NCBI GenBank assembly: GCA_963714015.1
Contig: OY970223.1
Location: forward strand, 2,240,001 to 2,304,000
From: Vulcanimicrobiota bacterium
Lineage (GTDB): Bacteria; Vulcanimicrobiota; Vulcanimicrobiia; Vulcanimicrobiales; Vulcanimicrobiaceae
DNA: 64,000 bases
Direction of reading: 5' to 3'
Part shown: positions 10,748 through 20,941 of the stretch, one piece after another
How the letters are laid out: the number at the start of each line of letters is the position of its first letter
How positions within the stretch are numbered: the stretch's first letter is position 1
The notes under the pieces: generated by a model
What the model saw: the letters and a program-made list of their open reading frames with translations, nothing else
What the model was told of the DNA's origin: nothing
Databases searched by the model: none
Made by a program: the position numbers and the translations under genes

Positions 10748-11561
10748 GTGAGCAGCCCGCTACTTCTGCGCGGCAGCCCGAACGATTTCGGCGAAGTCGT
10801 GCGAGCGACACCGGGCGGCCCGGATTGGAACTACATCGATTTCCGCGTCCTGCGCATTCCGAAAGGCCAGACGGAGGCTCGAACCACCGATGGCAACGAA
10901 TTGCTCGCCGTGTTCGTCGAGGGAACGGCGGACGTGCATTCGTGCGAAGGCGCATGGAACGCTGTCGGCGAGCGGATATCGCCGTTCGAAGGGCCGCCGC
11001 AAGCGGTGTACCTTCCCCCGGACTCTCGTTATGTCATCAAGGCAATCACCGATTGCGAAATCGCCCTGTGCGCCGCCGTGGCGCGGCGGGCCGCGCCGGC
11101 GACCGAGACTTGTCGCTTTGCGCGACACCGACGCGCGGACGCGAGGAACGGGCGCAGCCGAGCGCACTGTGTACGACTTGCTGATGAGCCCGGACGAAGC
11201 TTCGACGCTCTTCGTCACGGAAGTGTTCACGCCCGCAGGAAACTGGTCGAGCTATCCTCCTCACAAACATGACGTGGACGATCCGCCGCGCGAGTCGGCG
11301 CTCGAGGAACTTTACTATTACCGCGCGTCGCCGCCCGCGGGCTTTGCGTTTCAGCGCATCTACACCGCCGACGGAGAGCTGGACGAGACGATAACGGCGC
11401 ATAATCGCGACGCTGTGCTCGTGCCGCGCGGCTATCACGTCTGCGCGGCCGCTGCGGAATACAGCATCTATTACTTGAACGTTCTCGCCGGTCCAAAGCA
11501 CGTCTATCACATGACCTTCGATCCCGAGCACGAGTGGATCAAGCGGGATTGGGTGTGGTGA
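10748..11561 (+). CDS. iolB: 5-deoxy-glucuronate isomerase, frameshift near 11100
   Basis: N-half has WNYIDF...GERISPFEGPPQAVYLP; C-half has EVFTPAGNWSSYPPHKHD, LEELYYY, VPRGYH and YYLNVLAGP. Confidence 0.88.
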
Positions 11562-11566
11562 GCGCG

Positions 11567-12437
11567 ATGCGCATCGGGACCGCATCGGTTAATTGGGGCT
11601 TCGACCCTTTTTACACCTGGTCGAAGACGCCGTCATTCGAACGGATGCTCGACGAAATGGAACAAGCGGGTTATGAAGGGACGGAGATCAGCTACAATTT
11701 CCCCGACGACGCCGGTGCCCTGAGAGATGAACTCTGCAAGCCGCAATCTCGCTGCCGCCGCAACGTTTCACGCCGTCGACGTACGAGACCCGGAAAATCA
11801 CGACGCAGCGATGGCAAGCAGCATGCGCGTGGCGGAACGGCTGCGAGACGTCGGATCGGACGTCTTGATCCTCTCGGACAAGCCGTCCTCCGGCCGGATA
11901 GCCGTGGCCGGACGCGCAAGCAAATCGGACGAACTCGACGATCGCGGCTGGAGAACGATGACGGACGGCTTGCAGCGAATCGCTGAAAGGCTGCGAGCCG
12001 GCGGCATACACGCGGTTTTTCATCCGCATGCGGGGACGTACGTGGAAACGCGCGACGAAATCGACCGGTTTTGCGAGATGACCGATCCTGCGCTAATCGG
12101 CCTATGCCCCGATACTGGACACTTGGCCTATGCGGGCGCGCGGCCTGAGGACGTCTTCGCGGACTACGCAGATCGCATCGAATACGTCCATCTCAAAGAC
12201 GTCGACGCGGCAAAATTGGCGCGCGTGCGCGAGCAGGGAATAGATTTTGTCCAAGCTGTGCGGCTTGGGATGTTCGTCGAGCTCGGTACGGGCGCGGTGT
12301 CGATCCCTGCGATCGTCGAAGCGCTGCGATCGCGCGAATACTCCGGTTGGATCATCGTCGAGCAGGACGCTCCACCGGAGCCGCTTCGTTCGGCGCTTGC
12401 GAATCGGCGCTACCTTCGCGAGTACTTCGGTCTTTGA
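11567..12437 (+). CDS. iolE: inosose dehydratase-like TIM-barrel sugar isomerase/epimerase, frameshift near 11730
   Basis: IGTASVNWG...GYEGTE, then FHPHAGTYVET, CPDTGH, YVHLKD, ELGTG and GWIIVEQD. Confidence 0.75.
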
Positions 12438-13270
12438 ACGCCGAGTCGCTCGCCCGCATCGGCGACGACATTCGCAGACACGTTCTGCACGCGGTCCATC
12501 ATGCCGGAGCCGGTCACATCGGCGGAGTCTTTTCGGCAGCCGATATGCTGGCCGCGCTCTATTTCGAAATTCTGCGTATCGATCCGGCTCGGCCGGCTTG
12601 GCCCGACCGGGACCGCTTCATTCTCTCCAAAGGACACTGCGCGATCGGATTGTATGCGGCGCTGGCGCTGCGCGGGTATTTTCCGATCGACGAACTGAAC
12701 ACGTTCGACGCGATCGATTCCCGGCTGCAGGGGCATCCGGACATGCGAGCGTTACCGGGCCTCGACATGTCGACCGGGTCGCTCGGGCAAGGCCTTTCAC
12801 CCGGCGTCGGCATGGCGCTAGCCGCGCGGATGACGGGCAAGGATTTCCGCACGTGGGTTATGCTTGGCGACGGCGAGATCCAGGAGGGACAGATTTGGGA
12901 AGCCGCCTTCTGCGCAGCCCGGTACGATCTCGACAACGTAACCGCCATCTTGGATTGGAACGGCCTGCAGCAGTACGGCTGGCCGACCGTTTCCGGATAT
13001 ACGGTAGACGACAGACGTGAGCCGGTCGACAACGCTCGCGATAAATGGGCGGCCTTCGGCTGGAACGTGCTGGAATGCAACGGCCACGACGTTTCCGCAT
13101 TTCTCCAAGCATGCCGAACGGCATGCAGTACGCGCGGACGGCCGTCGATCGTCATAGCGCGCACCGTTAAGGGGAAGGGCGTCACGTTCATGGAGCACGA
13201 CTATACGTGGCATTCCCGGCCTGTCACCCCGGAAGCTCTGGCGCAAGCGCTGACGGAGCTGCAGCGATGA
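12434..13270 (+). CDS. transketolase, N-terminal subunit
   Basis: GHIGG, DRDRFILSKGH, LQGHP, STGSLGQG, GDGEIQEG; TTG start overlaps the upstream TGA. Confidence 0.92.
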   Translation: MNAESLARIGDDIRRHVLHAVHHAGAGHIGGVFSAADMLAALYFEILRIDPARPAWPDRDRFILSKGHCAIGLYAALALRGYFPIDELNTFDAIDSRLQGHPDMRALPGLDMSTGSLGQGLSPGVGMALAARMTGKDFRTWVMLGDGEIQEGQIWEAAFCAARYDLDNVTAILDWNGLQQYGWPTVSGYTVDDRREPVDNARDKWAAFGWNVLECNGHDVSAFLQACRTACSTRGRPSIVIARTVKGKGVTFMEHDYTWHSRPVTPEALAQALTELQR

Positions 13271-14202
13271 CTGCATCTGCGCAGCGAGACGTTTTCGGCG
13301 AGACGCTCGTGCAATTGTGCGACGAGGACCCTCGGGTGGTCGTCCTCGACGGCGATCTGGCAAACTCAACGAAAAGCGACCGCGTTGCGCTGGCACGGCC
13401 GGATCGCTTCGTGATGATCGGCATCGCCGAACAAAACCTGGTAGGCGTGGCGGCCGGCATGGCGACGGTCGGTATGATACCTTGGGTGTGTTCGTTTGCC
13501 GCGTTCTTAGCTTCGCGCGATCTCGACCAGGTTCGCGTGGTGGTCGCTCAACCGCGCTTGAACGTAAAGCTTGCGGCGCATTACAGCGGTATCCTGACGG
13601 GCTACACCGGGAAGACGCACCAGGTCGTCAACGATATCGCGATCATGCGCTCGCTGCCGAACATGACTGTGATCGCTCCCTGCGACGCCGAGGAAGCCCG
13701 TATGGCGATTCGAGCGGCAAACGAATTCGACGGCCCGGTTTATATGCGCTTCACTCGCGATCCGATCGAAACCGTGACGAAGCCCGGAACTCCATTTCGC
13801 ATCGGCGCGGCAGCGCTGCTTCGGGAGGGCACGCAGATAGGGCTGATTAGCACGGGAGCGCAAACCGTGCGGGCGATGCAAGCAGCGCGAGTGCTCGGGC
13901 GGGAAGGCATCGATTGCGCCGTGCTGCACGTGCCGACCCTAAAACCGATCGATGAACAGGCTATCGTCGATTTGGCTTTGAGGATTCCTTTTATCGTAAC
14001 GTGCGAGGAACATTCGATCCTAGGCGGCCTCGGCGGCGCAGTAGCAGAGGTTCTGTCCGAACGGTGCCCGACGCGTATCGCGCGATCCGGTCTGCGCGAC
14101 GTCGACGGCGAGAGCGGGCCGAACGACGCGCTCCTGGCGAAGTATGAGCTGAATGCCGAATCAATTGCGGCGCACGCGCGACGGCTTTTCGCGCTCGCAT
14201 GA
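13267..14202 (+). CDS. transketolase, C-terminal subunit
   Basis: GIAEQNL, GKTHQ, GPVYMR, TLKPID, EEHSILGGLG; ATGA coupling. Confidence 0.92.
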   Translation: MTASAQRDVFGETLVQLCDEDPRVVVLDGDLANSTKSDRVALARPDRFVMIGIAEQNLVGVAAGMATVGMIPWVCSFAAFLASRDLDQVRVVVAQPRLNVKLAAHYSGILTGYTGKTHQVVNDIAIMRSLPNMTVIAPCDAEEARMAIRAANEFDGPVYMRFTRDPIETVTKPGTPFRIGAAALLREGTQIGLISTGAQTVRAMQAARVLGREGIDCAVLHVPTLKPIDEQAIVDLALRIPFIVTCEEHSILGGLGGAVAEVLSERCPTRIARSGLRDVDGESGPNDALLAKYELNAESIAAHARRLFALA

Positions 14203-15269
14203 AGATTGCCGTACTTTCGGGCGACGGCATCGGACCGGAGGTCATCTCACAAGCGGTTCGCGTGCTGCGAGCCGTTAGACCGGACGTTGAATGCGTCGAA
14301 GGATTGGCCGGCGCGGCGGCAATTCGCGCCGGCGAAGAACCGTTGCCGCCCGCGACGCGATCGCTCTGCGACGCCAGCGATGCGATTCTTTTTGGTTCAG
14401 TGGGCGACGCCGAGCTCGACGCTGAGCCCTTTGCTCGGCGCCCTGAAGCCGCGCTCTTTTCACTTCGCCACGACTACAGCCTCTTCGCAAATCTTCGCCC
14501 CGTGCGAACGTATCAAGGTCTCGAACATGCATCGAGCCTGCATTGGCACCTTATCGCGGGCCTCGATCTCATCGTCGTACGCGAGCTCACCGGGGGCATC
14601 TACTTTGGTACGCCGAAGGAAGTCCGCGTCGACGCGCGGGGCAAAGGCTACGCCGTTGATACGATGTCATATACCGAGGGGGAAGTCGACCGAATCGCGC
14701 GCGTTGCGTTCGAACTGGCGATGCGCCGCCGCCGTCACGTTACGTCGGTCGACAAACACAATATCTTGGCCACGTCGCGGCTGTGGCGAGGCGTCGTCGA
14801 GCGCGTCGCCACGGAGTATCCCGCCGTTGAAGTCGAGCATCTCCTGGTCGACAATGCGGCAATGCAAATTATTCGGCGTCCGCGTGACTTCGATGTTATC
14901 GTCACGGAGAACATGTTCGGTGACATCCTTTCGGACGAGGCGGCGATGCTGACGGGATCGATCGGAAATTTGCCGAGCGCGAGCCTCGCGGGGCAAAGCG
15001 ATCGCGTGTTCGGCATGTACGAGCCCATCGGCGGAACCGCACCCGACATCGCGGGCCGCGGTATCGCCAATCCGACGGCGGCCATTTTGTCGGCCGCACT
15101 GTTGCTGCGCTTCAGCGCCGGCGACGAGCCGGCGGCATTGCGGATTGAAAACGCGATCGCCCAATGTTTTCGAGATGGTGTACGAACGGCCGACTTGTGT
15201 TCTAGCGGCCGGGACGCGGTAAGCACGGCGGCGTTTGGGGATGCGGTTTTGGCGCGTCTCGGCCTTTAG
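14199..15269 (+). CDS. leuB: 3-isopropylmalate dehydrogenase
   Basis: GDGIGPEV, RPE..L..LR...LFANLRP, VRELTGGIYFG, SVDKHN, NMFGDILSDEA, GTAPDIAG. Confidence 0.88.
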   Translation: MKIAVLSGDGIGPEVISQAVRVLRAVRPDVECVEGLAGAAAIRAGEEPLPPATRSLCDASDAILFGSVGDAELDAEPFARRPEAALFSLRHDYSLFANLRPVRTYQGLEHASSLHWHLIAGLDLIVVRELTGGIYFGTPKEVRVDARGKGYAVDTMSYTEGEVDRIARVAFELAMRRRRHVTSVDKHNILATSRLWRGVVERVATEYPAVEVEHLLVDNAAMQIIRRPRDFDVIVTENMFGDILSDEAAMLTGSIGNLPSASLAGQSDRVFGMYEPIGGTAPDIAGRGIANPTAAILSAALLLRFSAGDEPAALRIENAIAQCFRDGVRTADLCSSGRDAVSTAAFGDAVLARLGL

Positions 15270-15308
15270 CACTCGTTGCGCCCGTATCTAAGCAAACCCT
15301 TAAGAGTC

Positions 15309-16034
15309 CTATGGCGACCAGCCCGGCGCAGCGTTCGAACTTTGGGAGTATGACGAGCTTCCGAAGGTACTGCCGTTCGTGCATGCCGACGTTTGCGTGT
15401 TTTCGTACGCGACGCGAACTGCCGTGTCGTCCGAGGTGCCTGCAACCGGCGTAGCGCACGGGTTCGGCGTTGCAGGAGGCAAACCGCCGTCGTCGCCTTG
15501 CGCAGCTTGCGCAGTCACGTCGTCAAATGTGCCGTCGCGAGCATCCGCCGCCGCAACGTACGGCGGGGCGCGGAAGGTTCGGAGCGTCACGTCCTCTGCG
15601 CGAGTGAGCAAAGGATTCTTTTGTGCGTCCGTTACCGAGACGGCAATGTGAGCCGTAACGCGTCCTTCCGTTACGTAACCGTTGGTTTCTTCGTTTTGCG
15701 CGCAGTTGGTCGAGGATTGATCGCAACTCGCTGCCGGAGTGGCCGGCGCGATAATCGTGTAAGTGATGTTTTCGCCCGTCATGAAACGGCAAGCCGGATC
15801 CGCGCACGCAAGCGGCAGCGGCGAAATGACGGGCAGCGGCGAGGGAAGGCCACCGTTCTGCATGTCGCTCGAAAGCTCGCGTTCCAGGGTGCGGTTTGCA
15901 ATCTGATAAGCGCCCGCAACGTACGTCGCAGCGGCGCGATAGGTCGCGGCGCGCGTCATCGCGAGTCCCGCGCTGACGAACGACAACGCGATTGCGGCGA
16001 GCAGCGCGACGCAGAACAACGCGTTTAAAAACAC
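15309..16034 (-). CDS. pilin-like/PilX-like exported protein
   Basis: GTG start just after the upstream stop, N-terminal hydrophobic helix and several Cys; directly downstream of a prepilin gene. Confidence 0.5.
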   Translation of the reverse strand: MFLNALFCVALLAAIALSFVSAGLAMTRAATYRAAATYVAGAYQIANRTLERELSSDMQNGGLPSPLPVISPLPLACADPACRFMTGENITYTIIAPATPAASCDQSSTNCAQNEETNGYVTEGRVTAHIAVSVTDAQKNPLLTRAEDVTLRTFRAPPYVAAADARDGTFDDVTAQAAQGDDGGLPPATPNPCATPVAGTSDDTAVRVAYENTQTSACTNGSTFGSSSYSQSSNAAPGWSP

Positions 16035-16035
16035 G

Positions 16036-16521
16036 TCATGGCGCACCGCTCGGCGCTGGAATGGCGGTCGGATCCACAATCTCGGAACCGGGTACCGGTG
16101 CTCGAACGGATACAGCGCCCGACACAGAGACGACCCCACTATCGGATGGATGGCCCGGGTCGGGTGTATAACGCACCTGGACCGAAAGCTGCGCATCGGA
16201 AGCCGTCACGGAGGTCAACGCCGTGGTCACGGTAACAGGCGCGGTGGTTGCAGAACCGTTCGGCAGCGCAATTGGAACCTGCACGTCGGCGATCCCCGAC
16301 GGCGCGTTTCCCGGTGAGCCGTACTTCCAAGCATTCTGCGCGACGCGCAGCGTCTGCTGCGCCAGAAGCTGGGCCGCCGAATGAACCGGCCCGCTTTGAT
16401 GTGCCGTGAACCTTCCGAACGAGCTTATGGCAAAAAGCGCTCCGGCGGCGGCAATTGCCAGCACCGCGCACGAGAGCGCAGCTTCAATTAACGTGAACCC
16501 GGATTGAGCGCGATTCCTCAC
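16036..16521 (-). CDS. prepilin-type N-terminal cleavage/methylation domain protein
   Basis: MRNRAQSG|FTLIEAALSCAVLAIA class III signal; GTG overlaps the acyltransferase TGA. Confidence 0.8.
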   Translation of the reverse strand: MRNRAQSGFTLIEAALSCAVLAIAAAGALFAISSFGRFTAHQSGPVHSAAQLLAQQTLRVAQNAWKYGSPGNAPSGIADVQVPIALPNGSATTAPVTVTTALTSVTASDAQLSVQVRYTPDPGHPSDSGVVSVSGAVSVRAPVPGSEIVDPTAIPAPSGAP

Positions 16522-17681
16522 ATGCCGGGAAGTGCCCGCGAACGCCGAAAGCGGGACGCGAGCCGGCGCCAATTTTGGATAGGCACTCTTAGTAGCGGCC
16601 TTTCGAACGCATAGGTCACCAGCGCAGCCTGCGCAATTGTGACGGAAAACGCAACGACTGTGTACGTGAGCTGCCAATGCGGATCGAGCTTCGGATCCGC
16701 CGATGCGGACGGCGGAACGTGCCATGCGAGGAGCTCGCGGGCGAAGACCTGATGGTAGAGGTATAGGTTGTATGAAATCGCGGCGAAGAAAAGCAATGCC
16801 GGATTGGCAATGACGCGCTGCCAGTACGGAAGCGCCAGCAGCGAACCCAGTCCCATGAGCACGAACGCGCCCGCGACCAAGGTGCGGTTGTGAATGGCCC
16901 AGGCGGTCGACCATTGATCCGCCGTGCGCATCGACCAGAGATTCTCGAGCAGCAACGTAAGCGCAGCAAACCCGGCGACCGCGACGAGCGTTGCCGCGAT
17001 CTGCACCCGGCGATCGGCACCGCGCTCCCGCAAGCGCACGTAAGCGTAAGCGGACAGCATGCCCGCGGCAAACACATCCAGATAACCGGGAAGATTTTCA
17101 ATCATCAATTCGGTAGACGTCGTCCAGCAGCAGGTCTGCGCGTACGAACGCCAAGCCAGGCTTGCCAGAATCATTGCCGCCGCAGTTACGAAGGGCCGGC
17201 GCGAGAAACCGGACCAGATTAGCGGGAAGCAGACGTAGAATTGGACTTCCACGGCAAGCGTCCAGAGCACGCCGTTAATCGAGCCGTATGTCTGCGGCCA
17301 CCACGTGTGAATAAAGAGCAGATGCGAGCCGACGTCACGCAACGCTTGCGCCGGCGAGGTGAAATGGGCGTAACCGATCGCAATGACGACGGCGATGGAA
17401 AGCACGTAGGACGGCACGATCTTCATTGCGCGGCGGAAGGCAAAATCGCCCCATCGCGGCGCGGGCTCGTTGCGGAAGGCTGCTTTGACGAACGGATACG
17501 CGATGACGAATCCGCTGATGAAGAAGAAGAGATCCACCCCAATGAAGCCGGTCTCCGGAATGAACTGGAGCGCCGGAAGCGGCGCAGCCAGCCACGAGAT
17601 CTCCCAAATGTGATACCAAAGGACCAGAAGCACTGCGATGCCCCGCAGCCCGTCGAGCACGCTCAGGCGAGTTTGCGCCAT
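16518..17681 (-). CDS. acyltransferase family 3 (OafA-like membrane O-acyltransferase)
   Basis: LDGLRGIA, GVDLFFFISGF, RRAMKI.P.Y, WTLAVEVQFY, ISYNLYLYH, FERP. Confidence 0.92.
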   Translation of the reverse strand: MAQTRLSVLDGLRGIAVLLVLWYHIWEISWLAAPLPALQFIPETGFIGVDLFFFISGFVIAYPFVKAAFRNEPAPRWGDFAFRRAMKIVPSYVLSIAVVIAIGYAHFTSPAQALRDVGSHLLFIHTWWPQTYGSINGVLWTLAVEVQFYVCFPLIWSGFSRRPFVTAAAMILASLAWRSYAQTCCWTTSTELMIENLPGYLDVFAAGMLSAYAYVRLRERGADRRVQIAATLVAVAGFAALTLLLENLWSMRTADQWSTAWAIHNRTLVAGAFVLMGLGSLLALPYWQRVIANPALLFFAAISYNLYLYHQVFARELLAWHVPPSASADPKLDPHWQLTYTVVAFSVTIAQAALVTYAFERPLLRVPIQNWRRLASRFRRSRALPGM

Positions 17682-17689
17682 CAGGTCTT

Positions 17690-17740
17690 TGTATTAGGAT
17701 GTTGACACAAAAGCGAAGTTTGTATTAACATATTGGTACA
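17690..17740 (+). promoter_or_regulatory. two tandem YtrA/GntR-type operator palindromes overlapping a sigma70 -35 box
   Basis: TGTATTAGGATGTTGACACA (17690-17709) and TGTATTAACATATTGGTACA (17721-17740), 31 nt apart; TTGACA at 17702. Confidence 0.65.
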
Positions 17741-18529
17741 ATGGCTGAAGCACACACGGCTGAATTCCTTCGATGGTTCTACTGCGGCTTTTTCGCCGCG
17801 ATGGGCGCGTTCTTGCTCTGGATGCCTCCTACGGACAATCCTGCAGGCGTACTCCATTACCTCGCGCGCTTCGCGAATCGGGAAACGGCATGCCGCCTGC
17901 GCCGCGTGTGGTGCAAACGCATCCGGAACGAAGACATTGCGCAATCCATAAGGCTTTGCCCGGGGGTTTCAAGCCTCGTCCTGGCCATCGTTACCGGACT
18001 CGATCTGCTGGGCGGAGGGCTGAGCTATGGCCTCCTGATGCTCGTCATCGCAGGATCCGCAACGGCAGGGTTCTTGCAGGTGCGCAACCGGCTCCCCGTA
18101 CGGGTCGCAGTGCTGCAGCCGCGAAAGGCTGCTTCGGTAATTCCGGCGATTTGGTTCGTGCTCGCGGCCCTGCAAGGTTTAGTCGCGCTCGAAGCGCTGC
18201 GCTTTCCGGCAACCGAGACAAAGGCTGCCGCGATATTCGTCTGCTTATCGACCATCGTTTGTGCGACGCTGGCCTGGCGCGTCACGCAAATGCCGGCGTT
18301 GCTCGCGGGTGAGGATTTGCCGATGGAGCAGTACGTCGACGAGCGGCTGAGGCGGCAGAGGGCGGGGAGCATTCTCCTCTACGCATTCGCGCAAACCTTC
18401 GTCTTCCTGAGCTTCGCCCGGTCCGCGTCGTGGAGCGTGAACGCGGCTGCGCTGCTCATGGTCTGCTACTTTGCTTGGTTCCTCTATCAGACGTTTCGCA
18501 AAGCCGGCTTTAACGCGCTGCCGGCATGA
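17741..18529 (+). CDS. multi-pass membrane protein of unknown function (paralog A)
   Basis: Several hydrophobic segments; shares QVRNRLPVRVAVL and LAWRVTQMPALLAGED..EQ..DERLR with the next gene. Confidence 0.8.
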   Translation: MAEAHTAEFLRWFYCGFFAAMGAFLLWMPPTDNPAGVLHYLARFANRETACRLRRVWCKRIRNEDIAQSIRLCPGVSSLVLAIVTGLDLLGGGLSYGLLMLVIAGSATAGFLQVRNRLPVRVAVLQPRKAASVIPAIWFVLAALQGLVALEALRFPATETKAAAIFVCLSTIVCATLAWRVTQMPALLAGEDLPMEQYVDERLRRQRAGSILLYAFAQTFVFLSFARSASWSVNAAALLMVCYFAWFLYQTFRKAGFNALPA

Positions 18530-18577
18530 CGTCATGATTTACGCCGAACTACTCCTCCCTGAAAAGGTCTCGATACG

Positions 18578-19378
18578 ATGAGCAATGCCCAAATAGCGCA
18601 CTACTTGCACTGGTTCTGGACGGCATTCTTCGCCGCTTTCGGAGCGGGAATTCTGGCCGCGTCGCGCGGTGAATTAGGCGCCAAGCGCGCGGCTTGGCTC
18701 CTGCGCTTGCAAGATCCGGCGATCAAACCTCGCGTCCGGGCTGCGCTGGGCAAGCGCAGCGAAATGGAGCAACTTTCGCCGCTGGTCAAGATCGTGCCGG
18801 CAATCGTGAGTTTCATGCTCGCTGCCGTCGCGGCGTTCACATCCATCGAGCCTGCGGTCCTCTACGGTGCTCTGCTTCTCGCTGCGGCTTTTGCCATGGC
18901 CGTTGCCTTCGTTCAACTGCGTAATCGCCAACCTGTAAGGGTTGCGGTGCTGTCCCACCGCGTGCCGACGGCCGTCATTCCGCCGGTGTGGTTTGCCGTT
19001 GCAGCCGTCCAGGCTTTGCTCGCACTCTCGGCGCTCAGCGTTCGCGCCGACGCGTTAGGAGCGCTGTTCGTGTGCGTTTCGACGCTGACATGCGCCGTGC
19101 TGGCGTGGCGCGTAACCGAAATGCCGGCACTCCTTGCCGGTGACGACATCGAAGTGGAGCAGTTCCTGGACGAGCGCCTGCGTTTTCACCGCGCCGCATC
19201 AGTCCTTTATCTCGCGTTGGCGCAGTCGTTCGTATTCATCACTCAGGTCGCGCCGTTTCATCCGCAAGCGCAGCTGCAATACGCCGAGATCGCTTCAGCC
19301 GTACTCTGGGCCGGCTACAGTGTTTGGTTCTTCGTGCGTCTGTTGCGGAAAGTCGACGTTTCTCCGGCCGTCGCATGA
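18578..19378 (+). CDS. multi-pass membrane protein of unknown function (paralog B)
   Basis: QLRNRQPVRVAVL, LAWRVTEMPALLAGDDIEVEQFLDERLR; colinear with paralog A. Confidence 0.8.
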   Translation: MSNAQIAHYLHWFWTAFFAAFGAGILAASRGELGAKRAAWLLRLQDPAIKPRVRAALGKRSEMEQLSPLVKIVPAIVSFMLAAVAAFTSIEPAVLYGALLLAAAFAMAVAFVQLRNRQPVRVAVLSHRVPTAVIPPVWFAVAAVQALLALSALSVRADALGALFVCVSTLTCAVLAWRVTEMPALLAGDDIEVEQFLDERLRFHRAASVLYLALAQSFVFITQVAPFHPQAQLQYAEIASAVLWAGYSVWFFVRLLRKVDVSPAVA

Positions 19379-19749
19379 GCACAGCAATTACGGTCGATCC
19401 GAACATCGAGATCGCGCCGTACCAGCAGATCGAAGAACAGATAGTCGGATCGATCCAGCGCGGCGACTTGCAGCCGGGCGCGATGCTTCCCACCGTCAGG
19501 CAGCTTGCCGACGATCTCAACGTTGCGCCGAATACTGTTGCCCGGGCATACGCGGATCTGCAGAGCGGCGGCTGGATCATCAGTGAGGGCCGGCGCGGTA
19601 CGAGAATCGCCACGCGTTTGCCGGTTGCGGACAAAAAAGTCCGGACGCACGTTCTGCGGGAGACGATCGAAAACGTCGTGGGCTCGCTGCTCGGTCGAGG
19701 CTACTCCGCAGGCGAGATCCTGGCTGAGGCGCGCCGCTTGCTTGGCTGA
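19375..19749 (+). CDS. GntR family regulator, YtrA subfamily (124 aa)
   Basis: PYQQI...LPTVRQLADDLNVAPNTVARAY...GRRGT with a short C-terminal domain; ATGA coupled. Confidence 0.9.
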   Translation: MSTAITVDPNIEIAPYQQIEEQIVGSIQRGDLQPGAMLPTVRQLADDLNVAPNTVARAYADLQSGGWIISEGRRGTRIATRLPVADKKVRTHVLRETIENVVGSLLGRGYSAGEILAEARRLLG

Positions 19750-19919
19750 GGCAAGCGTGGCCGCAATGGCGCGGGCGTTCCGGCGGAAGCCGCAAAAAAG
19801 ATTCTTCCTTATATTTGGGTGCTGTGGAGTACCGGGGGGCGCCGTTTCCGAGCGTGGCGCCGGCGCGCGCCGCATTCCGGGCAGCGAGCAAGCGGTACTT
19901 CACCGCATCGAGCGCGCAT

Positions 19920-19948
19920 TTGACGGGGCTGGAACTCCTTGCTATACT
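19920..19948 (+). promoter_or_regulatory. sigma70-type promoter of the str operon
   Basis: TTGACG-17 nt-TATACT with a TGn extended -10. Confidence 0.8.
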
Positions 19949-20008
19949 CCCGTAGTTCGGTCCCACCGATGGTGTGGCCGACTTTGTGTGTGTGGTTAAG
20001 GAGTAACG

Positions 20009-20449
20009 TTGCCGACCATCAGTCAGCTGGTTCGTAAGGGCCGCGAGAAAGCCGAAAAAAAGGTCAAGACGCCGGCGTTCCGCGTCATTCAGACCGGTCC
20101 CAAGCCGGGGCATCCGGACCTGCCATTGCGTACGTTCGAAGTCGCCGGCAATCCTCAGCGCCGCGGTGTTTGCACGCAAGTCAAGACGGTCACTCCGAAG
20201 AAGCCGAATTCCGCGCTGCGTAAGGTGGCCCGCGTCCGGTTGACCAACGGTGAAGAAGTCACGGCCTACATCCCCGGCATCGGGCATAATCTGCAGGAGC
20301 ACTCCGTGGTGCTGGTGAGGGGCGGCCGCGTCAAGGATCTGCCCGGCGTTCGCTACCACATCATTCGCGGCACGCTGGACACTTCCGGGACCGCGAACCG
20401 CAAGCAAGGCCGCTCCAAGTACGGCGCCAAGCGCTCCGCCAAAAAGTAA
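20009..20449 (+). CDS. rpsL: 30S ribosomal protein S12
   Basis: [37 protein letters not shown] start after AAGGAG. Confidence 0.99.
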   Translation: MPTISQLVRKGREKAEKKVKTPAFRVIQTGPKPGHPDLPLRTFEVAGNPQRRGVCTQVKTVTPKKPNSALRKVARVRLTNGEEVTAYIPGIGHNLQEHSVVLVRGGRVKDLPGVRYHIIRGTLDTSGTANRKQGRSKYGAKRSAKK

Positions 20450-20460
20450 GGACCGAGACA

Positions 20461-20931
20461 TTGCCACGTAAAGGACCCGCGCCCAAGCGGCAGATTCTGC
20501 CGGATCCGCGCTTCAACTCGAAAGTGCTCTCGCGCTTCATCAACAAGGTCATGCTCCGCGGCAAGAAATCGCTGGCGGAACAGATTACCTATGGAGCGCT
20601 GGACATCGTCACGGAGAAGACGGGCCGCGAGGCGATGGATGTGTTCTCGCAAGCACTCTCCAACGCGATGCCGCTGGTCGAAGTCCGCCCTCGCCGCGTC
20701 GGCGGCGCAACGTACCAAGTGCCGATGGAAGTGCGGCCCGACCGCCGTCAGGCGATGGCGATGCGCTGGTTGATCGGCTTTGCGCGCGCCCGTTCCGGCC
20801 GCTCCATGGAAGAGAAACTCGCCGCCGAACTGATGGACGCCTCGAACAACCAAGGCGCATCGATCAAAAAGCGCGAGGACACCCACAAGATGGCCGAGGC
20901 GAATAAGGCCTTCGCGCATTACCGCTGGTAA
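20461..20931 (+). CDS. rpsG: 30S ribosomal protein S7
   Basis: [29 protein letters not shown]. Confidence 0.99.
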   Translation: MPRKGPAPKRQILPDPRFNSKVLSRFINKVMLRGKKSLAEQITYGALDIVTEKTGREAMDVFSQALSNAMPLVEVRPRRVGGATYQVPMEVRPDRRQAMAMRWLIGFARARSGRSMEEKLAAELMDASNNQGASIKKREDTHKMAEANKAFAHYRW

Positions 20932-20941
20932 CTTTTACATC

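Noticed and set aside
7121..12437. Pseudogenised inositol operon
   Set aside because: Catalytic motifs are intact and the same indel pattern affects an essential gene, which favours sequencing error
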